Part shown: piece by piece, positions 9,654 to 18,261 of the stretch
Position numbering within the stretch: the first letter of the stretch is position 1
Layout of the letters: each line of letters begins with the position of its first letter
Source: Myxococcota bacterium
GTDB taxonomy: Bacteria > Myxococcota_A > UBA796 > CAJQPC01
Length of the DNA: 64,000 nucleotides
NCBI GenBank assembly: GCA_036229005.1
Contig: JAZAMN010000057.1
Span: 1 to 64,000 of the forward strand
Reading direction: 5' to 3'
The notes under the pieces: model-generated
Seen by the model: only the letters and a program-made list of their open reading frames with translations
The model's database searches: none
Told to the model about the DNA's origin: nothing
Made by a program: the position numbers and the translations under genes

Positions 9654-10556
9654 ATGGAACGCGCCTCCGCCACCTTCGAGCTGCCCGACGGAACCCAGAG
9701 CTGCCTGGGACCCGGCGACATCATCGGCCGCATGCCCTCCGCCAGCCTGTGCATCGACGATCCGCGGATCTCGGAGGCCCACGCGCTGGTCTCCCTGCGC
9801 GGCGAGAAGCTCAAGCTGCTGGCGCTTCGGGGCGCGCTGCTCCTACGGGGTCGCCCGCAGTCGGAGCTGGAGCTCGCGCCAGGGGCCAAGGTGGTGCTGG
9901 CGGACGGGCTGCTGCTCAAGGTCGTGGACGTCGAGCTGCCGGACACCGTGCTGGCCCTCAGCGGCGTCGAGCACGGGCCCATCTCCCTGACCGCCAGCGT
10001 CTACAGCCTGATGCTGCCTCCCCGCGGGCTCCCCACGGTCGTCCCCGGCTTCAGCCCCGCTGCCGCGCTGCACATCTGGAGCACCGGACACGGCTGGCGC
10101 TTCGGAAAGCCCGGCGCCGCAGGCCGCCCCCTGTACCCGGACGCCGAGATCGCCCCTGGCGTGCACACCCTCTCCCAGCGCCTGGCCCGCGCCAGCGCCC
10201 AGAACACCGTGGCCGCCGGCGGCGTGAGCGCCCCCCTGCGCATCCAGTCCCGCTACGACACCGTGCAGATCGAGCGGCGGGGCTGGCCCAGCTTCCACGT
10301 GGGCGGTCGGCCCGCCCGGATCCTGGCCGAGCTGGTCATGATCGGCGCCCCCGCCAACTGGGAGGTGGTCGCCCGGGAGATCTGGACCGACGACGCCGAC
10401 CGCGACGCCCTGCGCACCCGCTGGGACCGCAACCTGAGCAGCCTGCGCGGCAAGCTCCGGGCCGCCGGGATCCGCACGGACCTGGTGCGCTCCTGCGGCA
10501 GCGGGAACGTCGAGCTGCTGCTGCACCCGGGCGACGAGGCCGAAGACCTGGGCTGA
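9654..10556 (+). CDS. FHA-domain protein with C-terminal winged-helix-like DNA-binding domain
   Basis: IIGR...IDDPRISEAHA FHA motifs; C-terminal ARILAELV...VVAREIW...NLSSLRGKL resembles an OmpR-type wHTH; ATG at 9654. Confidence 0.75.
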   Translation: MERASATFELPDGTQSCLGPGDIIGRMPSASLCIDDPRISEAHALVSLRGEKLKLLALRGALLLRGRPQSELELAPGAKVVLADGLLLKVVDVELPDTVLALSGVEHGPISLTASVYSLMLPPRGLPTVVPGFSPAAALHIWSTGHGWRFGKPGAAGRPLYPDAEIAPGVHTLSQRLARASAQNTVAAGGVSAPLRIQSRYDTVQIERRGWPSFHVGGRPARILAELVMIGAPANWEVVAREIWTDDADRDALRTRWDRNLSSLRGKLRAAGIRTDLVRSCGSGNVELLLHPGDEAEDLG

Positions 10557-10562
10557 GCGCCC

Positions 10563-11162
10563 TCAGCGCCCGCGCACCTCGAAGGAGATGTCGTCCAGGT
10601 TCACCGTGTAGCTGTCCTCCATGTCCCGGATGACGATCTTGGTGACGTGCTCCCACTGGGTCAGATCCATGCGCTCCGCCGTGCCGGAGCTGCCGTCCCC
10701 CACCATGTCCACGGCGAAGGTCTGCCCGTCCTCTGTGAACACCTCGATCCACGCGTAGGTCCCGTTGGTCTGGTCCCCCAGCGCGTAGAACTCCAGGTTC
10801 CTCACCGGCTCCGGGAAGGTGAAGGTCAGCTCCGCCTTGACCCCCGCGCCCCCCGGACTGTTCGCGGTGTACGCCGTGAATGGAGGAGAGCGACTGTAGG
10901 AGGCGTAGTCCCAGGCGTAGAGGCGGGAGTCGTCGTCCGTCGAGAACTTCACCTCTGCGTAGTGGTCGGACAGGTCGATCTCCCCCCCGAGCTCGTCGAA
11001 GTCGATCAGCACCGGCGTCCAGGTCCAGGCGATGGGCCCGCTGTCCTGGGTGTCGATCCCGCTGTCGTCCACGTCGGCCCGCCCCGAGCCAGGGCTGGAG
11101 GGCAGAGCGCACCCCAGGATCAAGAGGGAGCTGAGGATCAGGATCGGTCGAAGCGTGCGCAT
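10563..11162 (-). CDS. Hypothetical lipoprotein (beta-sandwich-like)
   Basis: MRTLRPILILSSLLILGC lipobox; LIDFDEL...LDDISF ends typical of jelly-roll domains. Confidence 0.7.
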   Translation of the reverse strand: MRTLRPILILSSLLILGCALPSSPGSGRADVDDSGIDTQDSGPIAWTWTPVLIDFDELGGEIDLSDHYAEVKFSTDDDSRLYAWDYASYSRSPPFTAYTANSPGGAGVKAELTFTFPEPVRNLEFYALGDQTNGTYAWIEVFTEDGQTFAVDMVGDGSSGTAERMDLTQWEHVTKIVIRDMEDSYTVNLDDISFEVRGR

Positions 11163-11267
11163 GCACCCCCTATACCCCCGCAGAACTGACCCCGGGTCAG
11201 AAATCTCTCCACCAGCGAGGTCACCCTTACCCTGACCGACCCCCTCCCCCAAAAAGTCAGCGCCCTC

Positions 11268-11296
11268 TTGACACCCCGTAGGGCACCTCGTACCTT
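11268..11296 (+). promoter_or_regulatory. Sigma70-type promoter for the ROK operon (TTGACA-17-TACCTT), probably leaderless
   Basis: TTGACA 11268-11273, 17-nt spacer, TACCTT 11291-11296, ATG at 11303. Confidence 0.7.
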
Positions 11297-11302
11297 CCAT
11301 AC

Positions 11303-12517
11303 ATGTTTGTTCATTTCCCGAACGAACGAAGTCCCCAAACCGTCGGGGAGCTTCGGAGAGAGAACGCCGGCGCGGTGCTTCGGCTCATCTGGGCCGAGCA
11401 GCAGCTCTCCCGGGCCGAGGTCTCGCGCAAGGTGGGCCTGTCCCGCTCGACGGTCACCGGGATCGTCTCGGACCTGATCGACCAGGGCCTGGTGTTCGAG
11501 GCCCGCATGGCCCGCAGCCGCGGCGGCCGCCCCCCCATCCTGCTCCAGGTGCGCGAGGACTTCCGCCACCTGGTGGGGGTGGAGCTGGGGGCCAGCCACA
11601 TCTCCGCGGTGGTCACCGATCTGCGCGGGCGCGCTCTGCGCCACGCCCACCGCTCCGTCGACGTGCAAGGCGACCCGGAGCGGGCCCAACAGGTGCTGGT
11701 GGAGCTCATCCTCCAGCTCCTGCAGGAACAAGGCCTCAGCCCCAGCGATCTCGCCGGGGTGGGCCTGGGGGTTCCCTGCCCCCTGTCCAGCCCCGACCAG
11801 CTGGACCCCAACATCCTCCCGGCGTGGAGCGGTCACGCTCCGGGTGCCCGCCTGGTGGAGGCCCTGGGGGTCCCGGTGCTCATGGAGAACGACGCCAACC
11901 TGGGCGCGCTCGCCGAGCTCTGGTGGGGGGCGGGACAGGGGGTAGGGGATTTCTCCTACATCAAGGTGGCCACCGGCGTGGGGGCCGGCCACATCATCGG
12001 CGGGCGCGTGTACCGAGGCGGCGGCGGGATCGCCGGCGAGATCGGGCACACCACCATCGACATCCACGGCCCCCCCTGCCGCTGCGGGCTCAACGGCTGC
12101 CTGGAGGCCCTGGTGGGTCGGCAGTCCCTGGAGCAGCGCACCGGCATGAGCCTCCAGCAGATCCTGGACGGCGCCGCCCTGCGCGAGCCCGCCGCCCTGG
12201 AGGCGATCACCGAGGCCGGCACGGCCCTGGGCATCGCGGTCGCCAACCTGCTCAACCTGCTCAACCCCGCCCGGGTCATCCTGGGCGGCACCCTCACCCG
12301 CGCCGGAGACCTGCTGCTGGAGCCCATGCGGCTCAGCCTGGCCCAGCGCGCCCTGTTCACCAGCGTCGCCCGCTCCAAGGTCGTCCTCACCACTCTGGGT
12401 GAGGACGCGGTGGCGCGGGGGGCGGCGACCCTGGTCCTGGAGGCTGCCCTCCAGGATCACACCCTGCTCACCAACCCCTCGGCATCTCGCCGACGCCGCA
12501 TGGAGGTCCCATCATGA
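11303..12517 (+). CDS. ROK family transcriptional repressor (NagC/XylR/Mlc-like)
   Basis: N-terminal HTH (LSRAEVSRKVGLSRSTVTGIV, GGRPP), ENDAN, GxAGEIGH, CRCGLNGCLE. Confidence 0.95.
   Translation: MFVHFPNERSPQTVGELRRENAGAVLRLIWAEQQLSRAEVSRKVGLSRSTVTGIVSDLIDQGLVFEARMARSRGGRPPILLQVREDFRHLVGVELGASHISAVVTDLRGRALRHAHRSVDVQGDPERAQQVLVELILQLLQEQGLSPSDLAGVGLGVPCPLSSPDQLDPNILPAWSGHAPGARLVEALGVPVLMENDANLGALAELWWGAGQGVGDFSYIKVATGVGAGHIIGGRVYRGGGGIAGEIGHTTIDIHGPPCRCGLNGCLEALVGRQSLEQRTGMSLQQILDGAALREPAALEAITEAGTALGIAVANLLNLLNPARVILGGTLTRAGDLLLEPMRLSLAQRALFTSVARSKVVLTTLGEDAVARGAATLVLEAALQDHTLLTNPSASRRRRMEVPS
11305..11327. promoter_or_regulatory. Putative ROK-family operator GTTTGTTC-N7-GAACGAAC
   Basis: Near-perfect AT-rich inverted repeat overlapping the ROK start codon; resembles XylR-type GTTTGTT...AACAAAC operators. 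Confidence 0.6.
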
Positions 12518-13287
12518 TGACCCTCGCACTGGCCCTCTCCGGGCTGCTTCTCCCCGCATGCACCGACGACGCAGCGGTCGACGACACCGAGGACACCGAG
12601 GTCGAAGGCGACGCGGACGCGGACGCCGACGCCGACAGCGACACGGACGCCGACTCCGACGCGGACTCCGACTCCGATGCCGACTCGGACGCGGACTCCG
12701 ACGCCGACTCGGACGCCGACGCCGACCCGGTGAACCTGCTCCAGAACCCCGACTTCGAGGGGGACTTCACCACGAGCTGGCTGGTCTACCCCGAGGGCGC
12801 CAACCAGGCGCTGGTCGCCACCGGCGATGAGCTCTACCAGGCCGACGGTGAGACCTTCACCGCCTACGAGGGCAGCAACTCCCTCAAGATCTGGGGCCAG
12901 TGGAGCGGCTGGCAGTCCGAGAACTCCTACTACCAGGAGTTCACCCCCACCTCGGGCGCGACCTACGAGATGAGCGCCTGGTTCTGGCACCACGAGGACG
13001 ACCCGATGACGGCCGCCCACACCTACGCCGAGCTGAACATCAAGTTCTTCGACGATAGCTGGAACTTCTACGGCGCCCACACCAGCGACCCCTTCGATCT
13101 GAACGACGCGACGGGCACCTGGACCCAGCTGACCGCCTCCGGCGACAACATGGAGGGCGCCACCAAGGTGCAGGCCGTGATCACCATGTGGCAGTGCAAG
13201 GACGACACCTCCGAGGGCAACTGCTGGGACGGCAACGGCGGCGTCTACGTGGACAAGGTGACCTTCACCGAGACCCTGCCCGAGTAG
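12514..13287 (+). CDS. Lipoprotein with Asp-Ala/Ser linker and CBM4/9-like carbohydrate-binding domain
   Basis: LLLPAC lipobox; (DA/DS)n linker; NLLQNPDFEG ... VYVDKVTF ends typical of galactose-binding-like folds. Confidence 0.75.
   Translation: MMTLALALSGLLLPACTDDAAVDDTEDTEVEGDADADADADSDTDADSDADSDSDADSDADSDADSDADADPVNLLQNPDFEGDFTTSWLVYPEGANQALVATGDELYQADGETFTAYEGSNSLKIWGQWSGWQSENSYYQEFTPTSGATYEMSAWFWHHEDDPMTAAHTYAELNIKFFDDSWNFYGAHTSDPFDLNDATGTWTQLTASGDNMEGATKVQAVITMWQCKDDTSEGNCWDGNGGVYVDKVTFTETLPE
12610..12726 (+). repeat. Coding hexamer repeat (GACNNN) giving an Asp-X linker
   Basis: DADADADADSDTDADSD... Confidence 0.9.
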
Positions 13288-13353
13288 CCGCACCTCGCCT
13301 GCGCCACAGAGTCCCGCTCCATGTCGAGCGGGGCTCAGGCCCGGAGTTTGACC

Positions 13354-16300
13354 ATGATCCCCTGGCTCACCCTCCTGCTCGCTTCCTCCCCTGCCCTGGC
13401 GACCCAGGTCCAGGTGCAGAGCGATGAGAGCGGCCACCGCCTGATGGTGGACGGCGAGCCCTATCTGGTTCGCGGCATGAACTGGGGCTACATGCCGATC
13501 GGCCAGAACTACAGCTACAGCCTGTGGGTTCAGGACGAGGCCTTCATCGAGGCGGTGCTGCACCGGGAGATGGCCCTGCTCCAGGCGGCGGGGGTCAACA
13601 CCATCCGGCAGTACGACGACATCCCGCCCGAGTGGGTGACGTGGATCTACGAGAACTACGGCATCACGACGATGATCAACCCGCTGTTCGGGCGCTACGG
13701 GCTCAACATCGACGGGGCCTGGGTGCCGGTCACGGACTACTCGGATCCGCGCACGCGCGAGGTCATCCTGGAGCAGACCCTGGCGTCGGTTGAGCGCTAC
13801 AAGGATGTGGACGGGGTGCTGCTCATCCTGCTGGGCAACGAGAACAACTACGGCCTGCACTGGGACAGCTTCGAGATCCAGGCGCTGCCCAAGGAGGACC
13901 AGGACCAGGCCCGGGCGCGCTTTCTGTATTCGCTGTACGGGGAGGCGGTGGATCTGATCCACCAGACAGACTCGGCCCACCCCGTCGCCATCGCGAACGG
14001 CGACCTCCAGTACCTGGATCTGGTCGCCAGCGAGGTCCCCAACCTGGACATCTTCGGGACCAATGTGTATCGCGGGGCGAGCGCCCGGGATCTGTATCAG
14101 CGGGTGGAAGACGAGCTGGGCCTGCCCATCGTCTACACGGAGTTCGGGGCGGACGCCTTCAACGCCAAGACGGGGCAGGAGGACCCCATCACCCAGGCCC
14201 GCTACGTGCAGTCGCAGTGGGAGGACATCTACCTGAACGTGGCCGGCAGCCCGGGCGTGGGCAACGCGATCGGCGGCTACGTGTTCCAGTGGTCCGACGG
14301 CTGGTGGAAGTACAAGCAGGAGGAGAACCTGGACGTCCACGACACCAACGCGAGCTGGCCGAACGGCGGGTACGCGGAGGACTATGTCGAGGGCCAGAAC
14401 AACATGAACGAGGAGTGGTTCGGCGTCTGCGCCAAGACCCCTCCCGACCCCAGCGGGCACTACACGCTGCAGCCGCGGCCGGCCTACTACACGCTGCAGG
14501 CCGTCTGGAGAATGGACCCCTACGGCGCGTCAAGCGCGGCGATCGAAGAGCACTTTGACGCGATCCAGCCCGCGGAGTTCATGCCGCTCTATGAGTCCAG
14601 CCAGGCAGCGGCGCTGGCCAAGGAACTCTCCCGCGCGCGGGTCTCGGAGCTGCGCATGGACTGGGACACGGTGGCCGCCGGGCAGAACCTGGGCACCCCC
14701 AGCATCGACCACACCGAGAGCTTCTACCTGGGCATGGAGGCCAACCCCACGCAGGACATCCGGGCCGACGTGACGGTGAACGTGCTGGGCAACGTGGCCG
14801 ACAACATGATCAACGAGATCGCCTACGAGACGCGCGGCCGCGACCTGAGCACGACCAACGCCGACGGGACCGAGGTGGACCTGAGCGCCCTGGAGCGGGT
14901 GGCGGTCTACGGCGCGGACTTCAGCTGGGAGCAGCCCAGCTACACGCTGACGGGCTTCTACCGGCGCGGGCACTACCACTGGGGGGACAAGGGCGACATC
15001 TTCGGGCTCTACCGGGAGGCCAACTACGGCGAGAACCTGGACATCTACAACGGGGCCGCGCCCATCGGCGTGGAGCTGGAGGGCAAGGGCAAGCTCGATG
15101 GCCTCGCCGTCGCCGCGGGTCCTCAGCTCTGGTGGGGGGCCAACCCGGCCGTGGTGGTGCGCTACGGGCAGGACGTGGGCGCATCTCGCCTCACCTTCAC
15201 CCACCAGGAGGACCTGGCGCAGCGGGCGGACACCTCGACCCTGACGGTGATGCCCTCGATCCGCACCCGCACCTCCACCCTGGCGCTGGAGACCGGCAAG
15301 GGGCCGCTGGGTGTGCAGCTCGGCGGCATCTTTGGCGGCACCCCGCGCCTGGGGCAGAGCTTCCGCTACACGGTCCCCGCGGACGAGGGCACCCAGAGCT
15401 ACGCGGACAGCGGCTACCACGTGCTCCAGGACGAGATCCGCATGATCGACACCCTGGGCGGCCGGGCCCGCGTGACCTACGAGAAGGGCAACTTCCACGC
15501 CTTCGCCCAGGGCGGCTACCGGGGGCTGGTGGCCGACACCGGCGGCGACCCCAACATGCTGTTCACCGGCTGGACCCTGCGCGAGTCGGGCAGCGGCAAC
15601 CAGGTCAACGCGATGGGCGGCATGGCCTGGTACCTGGGGCGCTGGATGGTGGGCCCGCAGGTGCTCTGGCAGAAGCCGCTGGTGGGCCCCCTGCCGAGCG
15701 TGGGCAGCCAGTACGACGCGGAGACCGGCTGGTATCAGCCCGGGCTGGCGCCGCGGAACGTGCTCTCCGACCCCTTCGTGGTCATCAGCAACCGCGAGAT
15801 GACCGCCTTCGAGCTGCTGCTGAGCTGGGACCCCACGCCGGGCACCTGGATGTGGCGCTGGGACGGAGAATACAGGGAGGATGCGCCTTTTGCGTTCTCC
15901 ACGAACTTCGTCTACCGCATCCAGCCCACCTCGCGCGATGCCATGCTGGGCTTCTCGGACACCGGCGAGCTCTTCGCGTTCTCCGCCTCCCCGGAGGCCG
16001 CCAACGTCTGGGACTGGAGCGCCCGCGTGTGGGTGCAGCCCGGCAAGCTGCGCATCCTGACCAAGGCCTACGTGGGCCAGGGCCAGTCCAGCGGCGACGA
16101 CTCCCGCCTGGTCACCCGCTACGGCGTGCAGTCGGACATCGGTCGCGGCCCCGGGCTGGTGCGCCTGGCCGTCAAGGTCGATGACTGGGGCCCCTACGAC
16201 TACCACCGCGCCTTCAACCTGACCTACCCCCTGCAGCTCGAGGCCCACGCGAGCTGGGGCGTCGCCCGTCCCCCCCTGGAGGGCACCGCCACCCGCATCG

Positions 16301-16404
16301 GCCTGGAGGGTCGCTACCGGACCCTGGACGACTACAGCCCCGACCCCGAGCTGGGCCTCGACAACGAGTGGGAGATCCGCTCCGTGCTGACGGTGAGCCT
16401 GTGA
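13354..16404 (+). CDS. Clan GH-A (GH2-like TIM-barrel) glycoside hydrolase fused to a putative outer-membrane beta-barrel
   Basis: Signal peptide; AGVNTIRQY, LGNENN (acid/base), YTEFGAD (nucleophile); C-terminal about 600 aa of amphipathic strands ending EWEIRSVLTVSL; GGAG before ATG 13354. Confidence 0.8.
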   Translation: MIPWLTLLLASSPALATQVQVQSDESGHRLMVDGEPYLVRGMNWGYMPIGQNYSYSLWVQDEAFIEAVLHREMALLQAAGVNTIRQYDDIPPEWVTWIYENYGITTMINPLFGRYGLNIDGAWVPVTDYSDPRTREVILEQTLASVERYKDVDGVLLILLGNENNYGLHWDSFEIQALPKEDQDQARARFLYSLYGEAVDLIHQTDSAHPVAIANGDLQYLDLVASEVPNLDIFGTNVYRGASARDLYQRVEDELGLPIVYTEFGADAFNAKTGQEDPITQARYVQSQWEDIYLNVAGSPGVGNAIGGYVFQWSDGWWKYKQEENLDVHDTNASWPNGGYAEDYVEGQNNMNEEWFGVCAKTPPDPSGHYTLQPRPAYYTLQAVWRMDPYGASSAAIEEHFDAIQPAEFMPLYESSQAAALAKELSRARVSELRMDWDTVAAGQNLGTPSIDHTESFYLGMEANPTQDIRADVTVNVLGNVADNMINEIAYETRGRDLSTTNADGTEVDLSALERVAVYGADFSWEQPSYTLTGFYRRGHYHWGDKGDIFGLYREANYGENLDIYNGAAPIGVELEGKGKLDGLAVAAGPQLWWGANPAVVVRYGQDVGASRLTFTHQEDLAQRADTSTLTVMPSIRTRTSTLALETGKGPLGVQLGGIFGGTPRLGQSFRYTVPADEGTQSYADSGYHVLQDEIRMIDTLGGRARVTYEKGNFHAFAQGGYRGLVADTGGDPNMLFTGWTLRESGSGNQVNAMGGMAWYLGRWMVGPQVLWQKPLVGPLPSVGSQYDAETGWYQPGLAPRNVLSDPFVVISNREMTAFELLLSWDPTPGTWMWRWDGEYREDAPFAFSTNFVYRIQPTSRDAMLGFSDTGELFAFSASPEAANVWDWSARVWVQPGKLRILTKAYVGQGQSSGDDSRLVTRYGVQSDIGRGPGLVRLAVKVDDWGPYDYHRAFNLTYPLQLEAHASWGVARPPLEGTATRIGLEGRYRTLDDYSPDPELGLDNEWEIRSVLTVSL

Positions 16405-16886
16405 TGTCCCCTCTGCTGCCCCTGCTGCTGGCCTGCGCCCCCGAGCCCCCCCAATACGTCTACGGCGTCGACCTGGGCGCGTTGGAGTACGCCTACCTGG
16501 ACGAGAACCAGGGGGTCTACCCCGAAAACTCGCTGATGGACGACCCGAACAACCCCTTCGCGGTCACCGGGCTGGCGGGCGACGACCGCTGGGACATCTA
16601 CCCCACGGGCGCGGTACCGGGCTTCTACGCCTTCGGCACCTGGCTGGCCCTGCAGCCCTCCGGCGAGGCCCAGTACTACACCGCCCTGGCCGCCCAGAAC
16701 ATCTACGTCACCGAGCAGGCCCCCGCCGACGAGCTCTGGGCCGTGCGCGAGCTCTCCATCGCCGGCTACCGCGCTGTGCTCGAGTACTTCCCCGACGCCG
16801 TGACCTACGACGCGGCGGGGGTCACCGCTTACCCCCTGGCCCCCCTGGCCGAAGAAGGCATCACCGCACTGGGGGGTGATCTGTGA
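16404..16886 (+). CDS. Small hypothetical lipoprotein in the glucan operon
   Basis: TGATG overlap with the upstream gene; MSPLLPLLLAC. Confidence 0.75.
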   Translation: MSPLLPLLLACAPEPPQYVYGVDLGALEYAYLDENQGVYPENSLMDDPNNPFAVTGLAGDDRWDIYPTGAVPGFYAFGTWLALQPSGEAQYYTALAAQNIYVTEQAPADELWAVRELSIAGYRAVLEYFPDAVTYDAAGVTAYPLAPLAEEGITALGGDL

Positions 16887-17491
16887 TCCACCTGCTGCTC
16901 CTGCTGGCCTGCCGCCCCGACCCGGGCGCCCCCAGCTACCCCGATCCCGGCGCGGACACCGACGACTCCGGCGGCGGTTACCTGCCCGGCCCCGACCCCT
17001 ACGAGGACGGCGACGCCCGCCTCTCGCTCGGCATCTTCTACGAAGGCGAGGCCAGCGAGACGGTGCTGATCGACAACGACAGCGCGTTCTTCTACATCTA
17101 CGAGTCCAGCTTCTCGGTCGTGCCCAGCGACACCTTCATCGAGGGCTTCGCCTCCGACCAGGTCGTCGTCTCCCGGGACACCTGGTGGGGCGGGGGCATC
17201 CACTGGAACGAGGGGAGGGACCTGTCGGCCTACACCCACATGGTGGTTCACCTCCGCAGCGATGACATCGCCGACATCGAGATCGGCATGCGGGGCACCA
17301 ACGAGGCCAAGCTGGCGGCTTCCGCGTACGGCTTCACCAGCGACGGAGAGTGGCACCAGCTCGCGATCCCCCTGGCGGACTTCTCCGGCGTCAACCTGGG
17401 CGCCGTGGACATCCCCCTGATCCTGGCCGGCACCGGAAACAGCACCGGCGCCAGCCTGCTGATCGACGACCTGTACCTGGAGGCCCGATGA
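16883..17491 (+). CDS. Lipoprotein with CBM-like (galactose-binding-like) domain
   Basis: MIHLLLLLAC; WWGGGI...DLSAY...DGEWHQLAIPLADF...LLIDDLY. Confidence 0.7.
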   Translation: MIHLLLLLACRPDPGAPSYPDPGADTDDSGGGYLPGPDPYEDGDARLSLGIFYEGEASETVLIDNDSAFFYIYESSFSVVPSDTFIEGFASDQVVVSRDTWWGGGIHWNEGRDLSAYTHMVVHLRSDDIADIEIGMRGTNEAKLAASAYGFTSDGEWHQLAIPLADFSGVNLGAVDIPLILAGTGNSTGASLLIDDLYLEAR

Positions 17492-18261
17492 CCTGGCTGC
17501 TCGCCCTGGCCTGCACCGCCCCGGATGCCAACAGCGACGCCCCCTGGACCTGGGAACAGACCTGGGCTGACGAATTCGACGTGGACGGCAGCCCCGACCC
17601 CGAGAACTGGGCCTACGACATCGGCGGCCACGGCTGGGGCAACGAGCAGCTCGAGTACAACACCGACCGCCCCGAGAACGTGCGCGTCAAGGACGGCTTT
17701 TTGGTCATCAACGCCCTGCAGGAGGACTACGAGGGCAACGCGTGGACCAGCGCCCGCATCAAGACCCAGGGGCTCTTCTCCCAGGAGCAGGGCCGCTTCG
17801 AGGCGCGCATCCAGCTCCCCCCCGGGCGCGGCATCTGGCCGGCGTTCTGGATGCTGGGCGACAACTTCGAGAGCGCCGGCTGGCCGGACTGCGGCGAGAT
17901 CGACATCCTGGAGGCCCGCGGCGCCGAGCCCTACACCACCAACGCCGCGCTGCACGGCCCCGGGTACTCGGGGGGCTCCAGCCTCTACGACGCGCTCACG
18001 GTCGAAGACGACCTGCAGGACGCCAGTCACATCTACGCGGTGGAGTGGGACCAAGACCACATCGCCTGGTTCCTGGACGACCAGCTCGTCCAGAAGGTGC
18101 ACGCCGGCCAGGTGGGCACCTGGGTGTTCGACCACGAGTTCTTCATGATCCTCAACGTCGCGGTGGGGGGCACCTACGGGGGCCCGCCCGATGACAGCAC
18201 CCCCAGCGACAGTCGCATGTTCGTGGACTACGTGAGGGTGTATCAGCGCGTGGTGGAATGA
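17488..18261 (+). CDS. GH16 beta-1,3-glucanase (laminarinase-type), lipoprotein
   Basis: WADEFD, GWGNEQLEY, WTSARI, WPAFWM, catalytic EIDILE, DYVRVY. Confidence 0.93.
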   Translation: MTWLLALACTAPDANSDAPWTWEQTWADEFDVDGSPDPENWAYDIGGHGWGNEQLEYNTDRPENVRVKDGFLVINALQEDYEGNAWTSARIKTQGLFSQEQGRFEARIQLPPGRGIWPAFWMLGDNFESAGWPDCGEIDILEARGAEPYTTNAALHGPGYSGGSSLYDALTVEDDLQDASHIYAVEWDQDHIAWFLDDQLVQKVHAGQVGTWVFDHEFFMILNVAVGGTYGGPPDDSTPSDSRMFVDYVRVYQRVVE

